Origin: Paramecium tetraurelia
Lineage: Eukaryota
Reading direction: 5' to 3'
Length of the DNA stretch: 64,000 nucleotides
Assembly (NCBI GenBank): GCA_000165425.1
Contig: CT868673.1
Location: 218,886-282,885 of the forward strand
The translations under genes and the position numbers were made by a program. Shown here in pieces: positions 11,864-24,670 of the stretch. The stretch's first letter is position 1; every line of letters begins with the position of its first letter. Under the pieces are notes generated by a model. The model searched no databases. It worked only from the letters and a program-made list of their open reading frames with translations, and was not told the origin of the DNA.

Positions 11864-14811
11864 ATGTTATAATTTGATAGCATTTAGTTGCTGCTATTGG
11901 TTTTAGCAGTAACTACATTTAGTAATGAGGTTTTTTAAACTAATGGAATGCTACCAATTAATCTAATTGCCTAAATTGGAAATACAGAAATTAAGCATCA
12001 AACAATACAAAATGAATGGATTGATAATCAAAGTTAAGTTAGTGATGATAAGTATTAATGAATACTATTCAGCCTAGAAATGAAGCGAATAACGTCTTTT
12101 TGATTGAACCACCAAAAAAATCAGTAAAAGTTTATTCATCCAAGTCATTAATAGTAGAAATTTAAGAAGAGGAACTCTTAAAGGAATCATCTGAATAAAA
12201 TGAATCGGAATTATCACAAGAACAGAGGGATGAATAGCAGAGGATTTCAATCAAGGTTAGCAAGAAAGTAATGTAGGATACAGAAATTGCATAAGAAAAT
12301 AATTTGAAAGGGGAGAATTCTGTAAAATAAGAAGAGCTTAAACCAATATAAAATGATAAGATGCCGACAAAAATTACATAAGAAAATTAAGTGATTGAAA
12401 ATAATGATGAGAATGAAATAACCATTTAAGATATAAAGATAGAATCTATTCAAGAAGAACCTGTATCCCAAAGAGAAGAGACTAAATCACAAAATGAGGA
12501 TGTTATTATCATTAAAATAGACGAAGAAATTAAAGCGACTCCTAAAGTGTTTGGAATATTAGATAATAATGATTCTATAAAATCAGAGAGTCTAGAGGAT
12601 GAATTAATTTCAGAGAATGATTAAGATTAGGATTAAATTGAGTAATGTGAAGGGGAAGAACTTGATACAATCCATTCATAATAGGAAAATAAACGTTAAG
12701 AATTAAATAAATCAACTATTGACTAAAAAAACGATGGAAAAACAGCTAAAAAAACAAATGAAAAAAGTCAAAAATAATCTACTAATGTTTTATCTAACAA
12801 TAAGAAACAATAGAATTCAAAGAGAAATGAATAACCATTGAAAGATCAAAGTATTAATTCTAATGAAGCAGATTAGAAATTGATTGGAGAGTTAATTAAA
12901 GTTTAACCTGAAGTTGATGTTGTGGATCTTAGTATATTTGCAGATGATAATTCAGATTTAATACCTATAATAGTTGAGGATTCAGAAAATACCATAGTAA
13001 ATGATCCAGAAAATGAAATATAAGATACCTAACCTTAATAAGAAATAAGTGAAATTACTTAATAGGATACTATAATCGAAGTTAATTAGGAATTGAATTA
13101 GGATACGGTTGATGTAATAGCTACCTAGAATTTAGATATTGATGGAGGATCATTTGAAGATTTCTAGTCTGAATTAGATGAATTAGCTAGAGAACTTGAT
13201 TAATTGAGTTTAGATACAACTTAAAGTTCTAATGGCAATGGTGAAGGTGAACATTTAGAAGAGGAGAGCAGTAATGATTCATTATAATACATAACAATAT
13301 CAACAAATAATGATCCAATTATTGCTAATAATTTGGAGGATGACTATTTTTTGGATGATTTAGAGAATGAATTGGGGGAATAGACCTAATAGTAAGATGA
13401 CTTAAATTCAGCAATTGAATCAACAAATGAATAAGAAGGATAAATTCTTGTAGTAAATAATCCTGAATAACTGATTATTTAAAAGGAGAATCAAGATGAA
13501 GACCAACTAGTAGATGATAATCAAATTGAAAGTTAAACTGAGTAATAATATGAAGGAGAATCCTCTAAAGAGAATGAGATTAATATTTCAATAGATAATA
13601 ATAATGATTAAGAATTATCGAGTCAGGATTCTGAGGATAATCAAGTTTAATAGAGTATCGATTCTGAGGATAATTAAGTTTAAGATGATTCTAAATAATC
13701 ATTAGATTTAGATAATGAGGTTGGATAATTTTAAATAGATAAATCTAATGAGTTTAAGGAAGTTGTTGATATAAAGAAGAATTCAGTAATTAAAAAGGAG
13801 GTTAGCGTTAGTTTGGATAATATGATAACAAATGAGAGTATCAATGATTAAGTGGGATTGACTGATGATGACTTTTTGAGGATTGCAGCTGAATCAGAGG
13901 CAGAAGTCATTGAAAATTTGGAAGATCTTTAGGATGGCATGGAGAATGTACAATTTGATAAGAAGACTCAAAATTAAATTTAGGCTTAACCCGATAAAGG
14001 TTAAAGAATTTGGAAACGCATTGAGGATAATAAGGAATACTCTTTGAAAATAGATTCTAATAAATAATAAAGAAGATTTGAAGAGGATAATCTGGATTAG
14101 GTTAAGAATACTTAGATTCGAGATTAATATCAAAGGAGTAAGGAAGATGAATTTAACAAAATGATAAATGATTTAATAAATGAATTTGATTTCAAAAATT
14201 AAAGGGAAAGGGATGTAATAGATTATGATAGTTAAATCACTTAAAAAATTATAGAGAATATGGAAGAATTGAGATATGCAAATAGGGTGTTCAATAGAGA
14301 TTGGGAAGAAACAGAAGATGAAGATGAGGAATATGAAGCTGAGGATGTGCATACTTATCAAGAGTCTTAAAAAGCTAACACTGAAGTCTAAAAGGAAGTT
14401 CAAAATAAGAAAGAATTTGAAAGAGAATGCAAGGATTAAGCAAGTAATTCTGCTGCAATTAGTGATTATGAGAAGGATATGGATAAGAGAAAGTAGGAAG
14501 TGATTGATAGAATTAAGAAAGAATTGAAGTTAAAGAGGGAGAGACTTAAGAACATTAATAATTAAAAATCTGATAAATTAAACTCTTATGATTTCGAGAG
14601 AATTTATTTGGATTGGGCAACAAACAAGGAGGATATAGTTTATAATATATTGTTGCACACCAATAATTAAGACAAGGAAAGTCAAGTAGAAGAGGAAGTG
14701 TAGAATGCTAAAGTGGAAAGGATTTCTAAAAAGCAGGAGGTGGAAGAGGAATTATAAAAATTATATTCCAATTATGAGAGAAAGGGACGACACTTAAGGG
14801 GACAGAGATGA
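11864..14811 (+). CDS. Very acidic (D/E/Q/N-rich) protein of about 970 aa with putative signal peptide
   Basis: MLQFDSIQLLLLVLAVTTFSNE..., a 26-nt intron gives an exact multiple of 3, ends ...GRHLRGQR* at 14809-14811. Confidence 0.75.
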
Positions 14812-14888
14812 AGGAGCTAATAGTATTATAAGAATGACTTTAAATAGTAAAAATTATAATATTTATGAAAATAATATTTTTTAAAATT

Positions 14889-16052
14889 ATGCAAAGTTAA
14901 TTCTCTAGTTTATACCCTCAATTTAATGATTTAGAGGAAATTCGATAATTCATAACAAGTAAAACAAATACTGTTGATCTCAGTCTTCAATCGCCTCCCT
15001 TCCTGTCATCCTTTTTTTAGCCTTTGAGAAAGCAAGCTTTTTAAAATTACTTTGTATAATGTGATTTAAAAATTTTAGGCAGCAAAAGTAACTGATTTAA
15101 ATTAGAGGAAGATGGCAATCTATAAATTCATCTAATTGGTCGATATTGAAATATTGAGTTTATTTTCAGAGCAGATCATAAAACCATATTAGAATTTGAT
15201 ATTGGTTAGACATTATGGAATCCCTTAAGATTTGGACGTTGAGAAATTGAAATTGGATAACTCCACTTTGGGAGCCTTAAATGATTTGGCAAGTTCTATA
15301 GCTTAGTGGAATCTATAAATTGAAATAGTAGTCGACAATATTACAAGAGTTTAATTATATGACCTTTGGGTTCCATCAGGAAAGGTCAAAGAGGCTCAAT
15401 TGACAGCTGAAATTAAGGGAATTCTCTCACCAGCTGATGATTTTGATTTTAAGGTATACACTGAATTGAAAATTAGACTTATTCAAAACATATTTTAATA
15501 AGATTGTTAGCCTAGGGAGCTGAGAAATTTGGTAAGTACTTATATTCAAATGGGTTATCCGAATCTAATTTGTCATATGGAGCAGCCTTGGTAATCTATC
15601 ATGCCTTAGTTGGAAAGTCTGCATTGCCATGGAATGTCATAATACCTAACGTGTCATTAAAGTGGCTGGTATTGATATTAATATAATGATTAGTTTGGTG
15701 GAGTAATTGGCTCTTTGGCTTTGGGAAAGGTGTCTACATATTTAGAGAAATGTGATTAAGTACAATAATTGAGAGGGTGTGCAGAAGTATTCTAAGAAAT
15801 AACAAAGCTTTTTGATTAATTTCAATGAGACCTTAAACACAGCTATAAGTGAAGTGTTATTGACAGTAAACGAAGAATAAGAGAAGGAGAAGAAACAAAG
15901 TAATATGTGATTGATTATACTAAATAGACTTGGCTAATCTGATTGATTAATTCCTTCAATCACCTGAATCGATTAAGGATGGTTAGACTGAAATCATTAC
16001 TTGTGAAGATATTATTAAACATGAACAAGATGAGTGGTAAGTAATTTAATGA
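14889..16052 (+). CDS. Hypothetical protein with hydrophobic segments
   Basis: Five short GT..AG introns give a continuous ORF (…YGAALVIYHALVG…WLFGGVIGSLALGK…EQDEWQVIQ*). Confidence 0.7.
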
Positions 16053-16246
16053 TTATTATTTTACAATATCATTTATAAATTTAATACTGTTGTTATCATT
16101 TAAAAATATAAGAATTTGATTAGTGGATTAATAATAGTAATCATAATATTCCATGTATTTATTTTATTTAATCTATTATTATCATTATTAAATATAATTA
16201 CTTATAAGTTTAATTATAATAATCATTGTATTCATTGGGATGATAA

Positions 16247-18292
16247 ATGTAAAAATTAGGTATGTAATGATTTTCAATTTTATTAATAGAAACCATGGAT
16301 GAAGACGAATCCACATCGTTTCATGAATTGCCAATCAATGACAGAGTATCCAATTTGCAATAAATTTAAACTTGGTTTCAGAATCAGAAATTAGCCATTA
16401 CGAATACTGAGTTGTTCACTACTTAAATCTTTGATGATCTGAAGAAATACTGTGAATAATCAAACGAAATCTTGCAAGTGTCCTCTGAATTTCAGGAGAC
16501 CAAAGAGTTAATAAATTCTTTTTATAGCAAAGCACAGAGAATTTGTTTGAAAATAAAGAAAAAGACAGAACCTCGTTCTTAATTGTAGGAGAGGATCAGA
16601 TATTACAAGGTTAAGGAGGACGAGGAGGTTGAAAAGAATAGAGAAATACTAATAGAAGTAAAGAAGAAATTGCTCTGCATAATAAGAATCTCCAAAGGGA
16701 TTCCATTTATTATAAACTTCATAAAGAGTTAAAATGTAAGGGATAAGCAATACAAACTGACTTTGATGGTTGAGGATGCTTTATTGGATGGTGTCAATTG
16801 GTACCTCATGTTGAATGATATCAAAGAGTCTCAATGGAATAAGGAGTTGCCTTAAGAATGTAAACTGAAGGAGATTCTCCAGTAATTATTGACAATCATT
16901 TGGCAACAGAGACAGGAGTTAAAGAACGAATTAAATGAAATATTTTTTAGATTGAAGAAGACTCAACTAATAAAATTGCTGGATAAGTAAGGAGAGAAAT
17001 TTGAGAAGAATGACAAATTCACTTAACAGTCAACTAAAATCTTATAGAAATTGCAAGAGTTTTGTAATGGCCTTGAAAACATCAAACTATCTGCGAATAA
17101 GGCAAATGGATTGTATTATCTATAAAGGATCCTGCTCTCATATTGTTGGGTGAAACAAATTGAACTATCAGAGATGTTGTATCATACAAAAATAACAGGT
17201 AGATTGGATAAATTGAAGTAAGATAAGGATCACAGCAATGTCATTAGATTAAGATAGAAGATTACATTCTTAAGATTCGTTTATCGAATTCCAGCTGTAA
17301 AGTAGTGGTGCGAGTAAAATCAGATTATCCCTTTTGAAATGCAATCCAATATACCTCAATACCTTTAGGAACAATATGATTAATTCATGAGTGACAAGAA
17401 AGAAAGACTCTTTTCAGATACAAAGGAAGATTACTTCATAGAATCTCAATTGAAATTCCTAGCCAATAATTTTCAAGTTTACAAGAACAAGATCAGGATT
17501 ATATTCAATGATTTAAGGTTCATATAAAATAAATAAGAAATCTATGAATTGTATCAAGAGTATGTAAATAAATATGATGGGGACATAGATAAGGTTTAGA
17601 ATCTGCAGTTCTAAAAATAGTAAAAGGACATCATAATAGCCTGTTGTATAAGACATTTGGAAATCAAACTGCAGAATGAAGACTTCACTAAAGCAGTAAT
17701 CCCCCTAGTGAAATTCGACTTTTTATTGAAGAAGGAGAAACACTTTTAGTTTTAGTAGACTTCGTATGATAAGTCCCAATACTCCTTTTTAGCAAAGCCT
17801 TCACTAGTTAAGATATTTCTGATTGATATTTTGGCTTAGGAGCAGCCATTTCCGTATATATTTGAATTCATCTATTATGAAGATGGGAAATTGCAGTAAT
17901 TTATGAAGAGCACTACTCTGTAAGGATAGTTCTTCTATTGTCCTCAGATAAGAGAGCACTTGTCAAAGAGATACCAATTTAACATAAAATTAATAGAAAA
18001 TGAAAACAAGGTGACGTTCACTTATCTGCCCACTATTCATTACGATTATGTGAAACCGGCAGCAACAGTTTTATGGGAAGACATTTTGTTATAGGATCTG
18101 AAACTTATCTCATTGCATAGAAATCAATTGGTGGATGAGATCAATTTCATGGTTCGCAGTAATAAATTTTAGACAATAAAACAACAGATTCAGCAAGACG
18201 CGAAGTACTTTAGTGATCATCTGAGAATAATGAATGAGTTGGAAGTATTTAATAGTTTGCAGACCAACGGCAAAAAGTTGAGGTGTATATGA
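16247..18292 (+). CDS. Hypothetical helical protein
   Basis: MQKL-intron-ETMDEDESTSFHELPINDRV..., long open frame, TGA 18290-18292. Confidence 0.75.
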
Positions 18293-18665
18293 TGGATTGA
18301 TTATCATCTGAATGATAAGATATTATTTGAATTTATTTTATAATATAAAATGCGATAAATTTTGAAAAGACATTTATATTGTTTAATGGAAGTATTAATT
18401 TAAGTTTAATTATTTGGCAGTGCCAAAATCTAAGTACTAAATAGAAAGATCTCTTTCAAAATAATAATGTTGTCTAGTGACCCAAGTGCTATTAGGAGAG
18501 AGTGGGACACAGTTGAAGATCTCGTTGTTAATATTTAATTTATATTTTTATTTATTAAATGTAGATATTATTAATTAATGCATTATGACTCTCTAGATTA
18601 ATGCGTTAATTTCCTTTGTTTTAGTATGAGCTTTAATTTAATAATCTAATTAATATTAATTATAG

Positions 18666-20954
18666 ATGGAAAAATTTCTTAATGGTATGATAATTAAATT
18701 ATTTAGAATTAAGGAGAGTTGACATATTTGGTTACCAAATCACATTGAGAATGAACTAGCAATCCACTTATAGAACAGGTTTGGGAGGTTTGATGTCCAT
18801 TATTGTGATTGGAGTGATGATATGGCAGTTTTCAGCTAACTTTAATTCGCTTCTCAATAAGGAACAATTGAATGCTGTATCCATCACTGAGTATGACCCC
18901 AAAATCTCGGATACTACAATAACAGATAAACAATTGCTATTTGCTATTGCAATATAACAGGAGGACTTTATTCACAATCCCTTTTTCAACATCTCTCTAG
19001 TCTAGAAGTATAACAAAGTTCTCCTAATTTTTAGATAAAATTATAGGTATCAGAATGGTTCTCAGGAGTCTTTGTCTAAAGAAATCCCTCTAGTGGAATG
19101 TACATAAGACCGATTCGAAAAGTACTTTTAGAGAGAAGGGAGTGACTTTTCCTAACTGTACTTCAACTCGTCCTCTTTATCAGATTATCTCTGTCCAGTG
19201 TAAATGAAATGATTATATTAGGGAGGAAGCAAATTTCAAGTTGGGAGGTACGCACATAAGTAAAATTTAGTTATAAACATCTAGGTGAGGACTTTTCGTA
19301 TATATAAATTATTATAAGCAAATGCAATGCCCAAGAAGCTTTGAATAGGGGGTACGAGTGTGCCAACCAGAAACAACTGGATGAATTTCTGGCATTACAT
19401 GGAAGCTTTAAATTTCAAATCTATAACATCAACTCTATTATCAACCCATATAAATCGGATGACAACTATAAGTAGCTCTATTTGGATGACTCATTGCAAT
19501 ACACTTTCATTCCCAATAAAATCGGAAGAACAATAGATGTCTACCTAAAACATTACCACATAGTTTAGGATAACAGTTTGATACCGTTGAGGTAATTTTG
19601 AAAGTTAAGATTTAAGTGAAACCTATGTAACTGACACATTTGCAATTGAATAATTAGAAACTAAGGTTGTGTCTGAACTCGGAAATCAAGCATCTGATTA
19701 ATACGTTTAGATCAATTTCAAACGAAGTCCCTTCAAGACCACAATCACAAGAAATTATATGAAATTTGATGAAATGCTATCCAATTTGGGAGGAATCCAA
19801 TAAATCCTATTCTTCTTCGTTGGAATTGTCGTAACTCTATACAATAAATTATAAAGTAATCGATAACCCTCTATATTTAAGTGATGATCGAATTGGCTAA
19901 TAGAGTCTATGAATTTTCATTAGACAACACTGAAAAATTGAGATAATAATAAGAGAAATTGGAATTGATAAATTTAGCCTTATAGCAATAACAAAGATAG
20001 TAAAAGGAACCTGGTTCATCAGTCAATAATTCAGATGAGGAGGATAAACCTCAAACAGTTCATCAAACACTGATACATCAAAAGGAGAACAATCAAGTTA
20101 TAAAGAAATTAACCGGAGTCAAAAGATTCAAGGCTGTTGTCTAATACTTAACTGTGTTTAAACAAAATAATCTATAAACCCAACAAAAAAAGGAGAGTTT
20201 TCGGATTATTTAAGATCAATAGATGTTAGCAATATAATTGAATTGCAAATCTGGTCTGGAATATTTTGAGAAACAAATTAAATCGATAATAAGTAGAGCT
20301 AAGCCTATCTATTTATCATTTAAAATCTTGGTGAATGTGATCACTTGTAACAGATTATTTTCAAAATAGCCCAAAATAAGATTGATTAATAAAGGCATGC
20401 AGTAAGCAGCTGAATAAATAGACATTTATAACATTGTTTAAAACATGAATGAGATGATTAAATTGAAAGAAGTAGTGTTATCTTATCATCAATAATTGAT
20501 GTTTGGTTTTACTCCGAAACCCCAAATCACACTAGATGACAGGACGACCTAACCAACTCGAGATATTCTGACTCTGAAATTGAAGGAGAAGGATCAAGAT
20601 GAGGAAACTGGAGGTGGAGACATATTCAAACTTAAGAGAGGGAGTGCCAATTAGGACAATTATCTATTGTATGCCAAAATATATAATGTAATTTGTTTAA
20701 TTTATATTGACAAGTCGTATGATGATGTTCTTCGATAGAGTGAGGATGAGGTGCAGAATAAGAAAAATAATGTCAGCAAATAATTGATTGAAAAATTAGG
20801 TCCTGAATTGCAATTGATATTTAAACTATCTAAATTGATTGATTTCCAATCTCAAAATAGTACATAGGTTCAAGTAAAGACTCCTCATCGTAGAGGTGCT
20901 ATGCAACAAAAAGAACAAAATGTGTATGCAAAAATGTTTAATCCAAACACCTGA
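18666..20954 (+). CDS. Two-TM protein with large extracellular loop (expanded ciliate family)
   Basis: RRVDIFGYQITL..YRTGLGGLMSIIVIGVMIW (TM1), Cys-containing ectodomain, RNYMKFDEMLSNLGGIQQILFFFVGIVVTLYNK (TM2), several tiny introns. Confidence 0.8.
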
Positions 20955-21005
20955 ACAAAATAAACTACTTTTATTTTTGTTATTATAATTATTTTCGAAA
21001 TTTAC

Positions 21006-22837
21006 TCATGATTCTTATAACACGTTATTAACCCATACTCCCTTGATTTGTTTGCCATCCAGAGTTTAAAACACTCCTGCCCCATGTACCTTCCCACTCT
21101 TAAACAAACCTGTGTATCTCTCTGCATTTGCTAAAACTAATTATCCATATCCCTCTTATTAACCAAGGTTGAAATCACCGTCATACCGTGCCCATTTCTC
21201 GCCTAGTTGATTGAAGTCCTTATAATTAAAAGCCTCCTAAAAACCTTGAGCATTTTAGTTTTTTAAAATTCCAGTACGATGAAATCTTTTCTGATAATTT
21301 ATATTAAATTTACTAATTCTCATGGAAATATCCTTCATAGATTATTTCATTATCGTCACTAATTAATTTACCCATGCCTTGTTTCTTGCCGGCAACAAAT
21401 AAACCCTCATACGTAAGTCCATTAGGAGTTGTTTCCACTCCAAAGCCATCTTGGGTAATTAGCTTTTTGCTTCCCCCTTTCGAGGCCTACTCGGTCTCGA
21501 ATTTCTTGAACAAATTCTTTTTTTAAATTTGGGGTGAGTAGGATTCCTTCTTCTGAATGAAGGACTAAACATAATAAAACTGATCATAAATACACTAGAT
21601 GCCTTCGACTCCTTAGAGTTTTTGGATATGACTTGACGAATGGATAGATGCGATCCTTTTTGTAAGAGAGATTAATTGGACAACTAAGATTAGACTTCTG
21701 GATGTATCAATGAATGTTGTTTGGTTGAAAAGTGCACCTTTATCCCATAATATGATAAGATGTACCTTCTTCTCAGTCAAACTATATTGGTAGTCATCGG
21801 ATGTCCAGATTTAGGCCAACCTCTTGCCTTTTAGTTGGGATGCATCTAGTAGTTCATTTAATTACAGAAAGTCTCGTCGGTCTTTTGGATCATAATGGAG
21901 CATTGCTTCCAAGATCAGGGGCAGGGCTTCCCCATATCTATCACTTACCTTATTGATTTGCTCAGTTAAGGTGTTTGGATCAATCATGTAATCTGAATAG
22001 AGTGTGATGCTTTGTTTGGCTGAGCAGAGTTCGAGTGTCATCTAAGGTATAAAATTAATTGTATTACTAAACCTAAGATAAAGACATTGCTTTTGAATTC
22101 ATTGTAGGGTTCTAGTTGCTTGTTTTGGATCATCAACCATTGTTCAGGCGTAATGAAAGGGTATTCATGCAAGTGCACTTCTTCTCCATTTATGATTTTG
22201 TGGAATAATTGATTGAATTGAGCATCCTCCTAGTTGTGGAAGAGGGGACTTTGAACTTTGAGTCCGATTGCTCCATTTAGAAGGTTGGAGAGATAGACTT
22301 TGTCAAATTTCAGAGAGGGCAATGCGTAGCCTTTGGATTGGAGAAACGCTTATGATCCTATGAGAGAGTCTAGAAAAAACAAGATTTCTGTTTCTTCAAA
22401 GTAGATTTTTTTTCTGTAGATCAATTCTTGAGCTAGGGTAGTTTCGTAATAGTCTAGGAAGAGTGATAATTTGTATTCGGTGGTGAAAAACTAATCGATT
22501 TGCTTATACTGCATTGCTTAAAATAATGGCAAATGTTGATACCGTGGATGATGAGGAGATTCGGATGATTGAACCCGTAAAATTTAGCTTAGTAATACTA
22601 GAGTGCCTATTGGAAGTCCTCTTCTTCTGCAAAGGTTATAAGTTTATGTACTAATTTAAAATCATATTATTTGGGCTCCTTATATTCTAGTATATTGACT
22701 TATCCATATAGGGGATGCTCATAATCTTCATGCACAACCATGAAGTCGTTGTTTAATTGATCGATGATGTTGACGGTGGTGTTGAGAGTGCTGATGTCTA
22801 TGTAGGACTTGCAATTATTATATTGACATGTTCCCAT
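21006..22837 (-). CDS. Pseudokinase with C-terminal MORN repeats
   Basis: MGTCQ start. Kinase-like HPNLLIIH, FITPEQ, KSNVFILGL and MLHYDPKDRRDF, but no HRD or DFG. C-terminal YEGLFVAGKKQGMG and YTGLFKSGKVHGAG MORN repeats. Confidence 0.8.
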
Positions 22838-22849
22838 TAATTAAATTTT

Positions 22850-23534
22850 TCAAGACAGTTATAATTATTGCTTAATAATCGATTCATTAAAAATATTTAG
22901 TAAGTCCATCTTGGGTATCTGGGGTTTGAGTCTCAAAATCATGTGGATCAGGACTTGATAATCAGAAGCACTGTAGATTCCGAATTCCGAGATTACCTGT
23001 TAGATGTCATTCAACAACTCCTCATATTTGCTGCTGAATTCTTTGACTGCCATCTCTACCTCGCACCATGGACTATAATTTATAGACACATTAAACTCAC
23101 ATGTCGTCATTCTTCTTATTCATTTTAATTTCATTCGCCTTGATTTTCTGCAGAGCCCCCAACTAGATGGTGCTGAATGGAAAGATCTTTTGAGGAGATT
23201 TCAGGTTTTTCTGTCTTCTTAGAAGAGGTTCTTAGAACAGTAATTGTGTTTCATCTCGAATGTTTTTGGGACTCAATGAAGTGAAACTTTCAGACACAGT
23301 TTTACGTCTAAACAAGTAAGTTGGATAGAGTAAGTAATCTTATTTTCTATTGACTCTCTTGTAATTTATAGTTTCGATACTTTGCTTAGGCGAATTCGGA
23401 AGTTTCCGTGGTGATACTAAAATCTGTGGTATTTGTTATGATATTTCCTTTAACTATTGTAAGTGATTCCAAATTTATTAAGATATCATGTTCCTACCTC
23501 CCAAATTACGCGCATCTGGTGTAAATGGAGGCAT
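22850..23534 (-). CDS. Hypothetical protein
   Basis: MPPFTPDARNLGGRNMISQQIWNHLQ... through ...LLNIFNESIIKQQLQLS*; internal intron positions not fully resolved. Confidence 0.65.
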
Positions 23535-23676
23535 TATTCACTTTGAAAAAGTTGTTAAAAATATATAATATATTTTATAATCAAATCGCATATTCCCATA
23601 GACACATTCGAAATGTCACAATATGCTTCTGTTTATATAATTAGTCATTATTGATAATAATCACACAAATAGTTTT

Positions 23677-24230
23677 TCAGTTTGGATGTTTTCTAGGAAT
23701 TGCTTGAACTCTCGCATATTCCTATTTGCACCCTCCAAGGTTTCTTTGATCTAATCCCACTTTTGGGACTTTTAGCTATTATGAAATTTATTTGATTTGT
23801 ATTGAATGGGTTCGGTTTTTAATTTGGGAGTGAAATTTCTATTGGAGAGCATGCCTAAAGGTTTTCTAGGGGACATGGGTTGTTGGATATTTATTTATTT
23901 GATTTTCTACCATATATGTTGAGGCTTTTGGAATAAGATTGATCATATTACGACATCAAATTTATCCAATCGAGGCAATGGACCGTCTGGAGGGACACCT
24001 CGAAATGGCTTATCTAATTGTTGTTCCAGAGTCATTTCCAGAAGAACACGCGCATATAACAAAGAATTCTATTTCCAAATAAAATTATGAGTTGGAGTTC
24101 TCACTTTATCCAGCCATTACAATATTCTAATCTTCAGATGTTTTGCATTGATTTTCTAGCAACCATTGTATATTTTATTAATAGCTTCACTGAGTTCTTG
24201 ATCAAGGGTCTCTGCTCTTGGAGAATTCAT
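23677..24230 (-). CDS. DUF4485 (CEP112 N-terminal-like) domain protein
   Basis: RILQWLDKV..NFIWKQNSLLYARVLLEM..LDKPFRGVPPDGPLP matches the remembered DUF4485 pattern; one short intron. Confidence 0.7.
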
Positions 24231-24670
24231 TAATTTAACGGATAATATATATATTATTAATTAATATATATTGAAAATTATCATTAGACAATACAAGCAC
24301 CATTACAGTGAATATTATTATACACTGGAGATCTGTTGTCAGGTACGACTGGTGAAATGTTTATGTATCTTAATTTTGGATCTCACTTCCTTGTTGAATA
24401 TAATACATTCAGTACTATTTATAGTATTTTGTTTATTATATTAAAACTGTTTATTATTAGTTTAATTGAATTTGGTTTGAGTTGATTTGGATATATTTAA
24501 ATTATAAAGGTAAAATGGATTTTTGTATTTGATTAGATTCGATTAGATTGGATTTGATATTTTGAAAGAGTATTAAAATATAAAGAATTGGAATGATTAT
24601 TATATTAGTAAATTTAATAATGTTTGTTTTTTCGAAACTGAATTATTTATTTAAATGTTTAATCTTTAGA

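Noticed and set aside
18380..18660. Short + ORF and repeated AAGATCTC upstream of the two-TM gene
   Set aside because: No recognisable motifs; ORFs of this size arise by chance when TGA is the only stop
24240..24420. GC-richer patch with GAGATC/GATCTC complementarity and AATTTTGG (Sm-like site); a minus-strand frame ends GACIVQ*
   Set aside because: No snRNA or snoRNA signature found and no coherent gene model; possibly a decayed small gene
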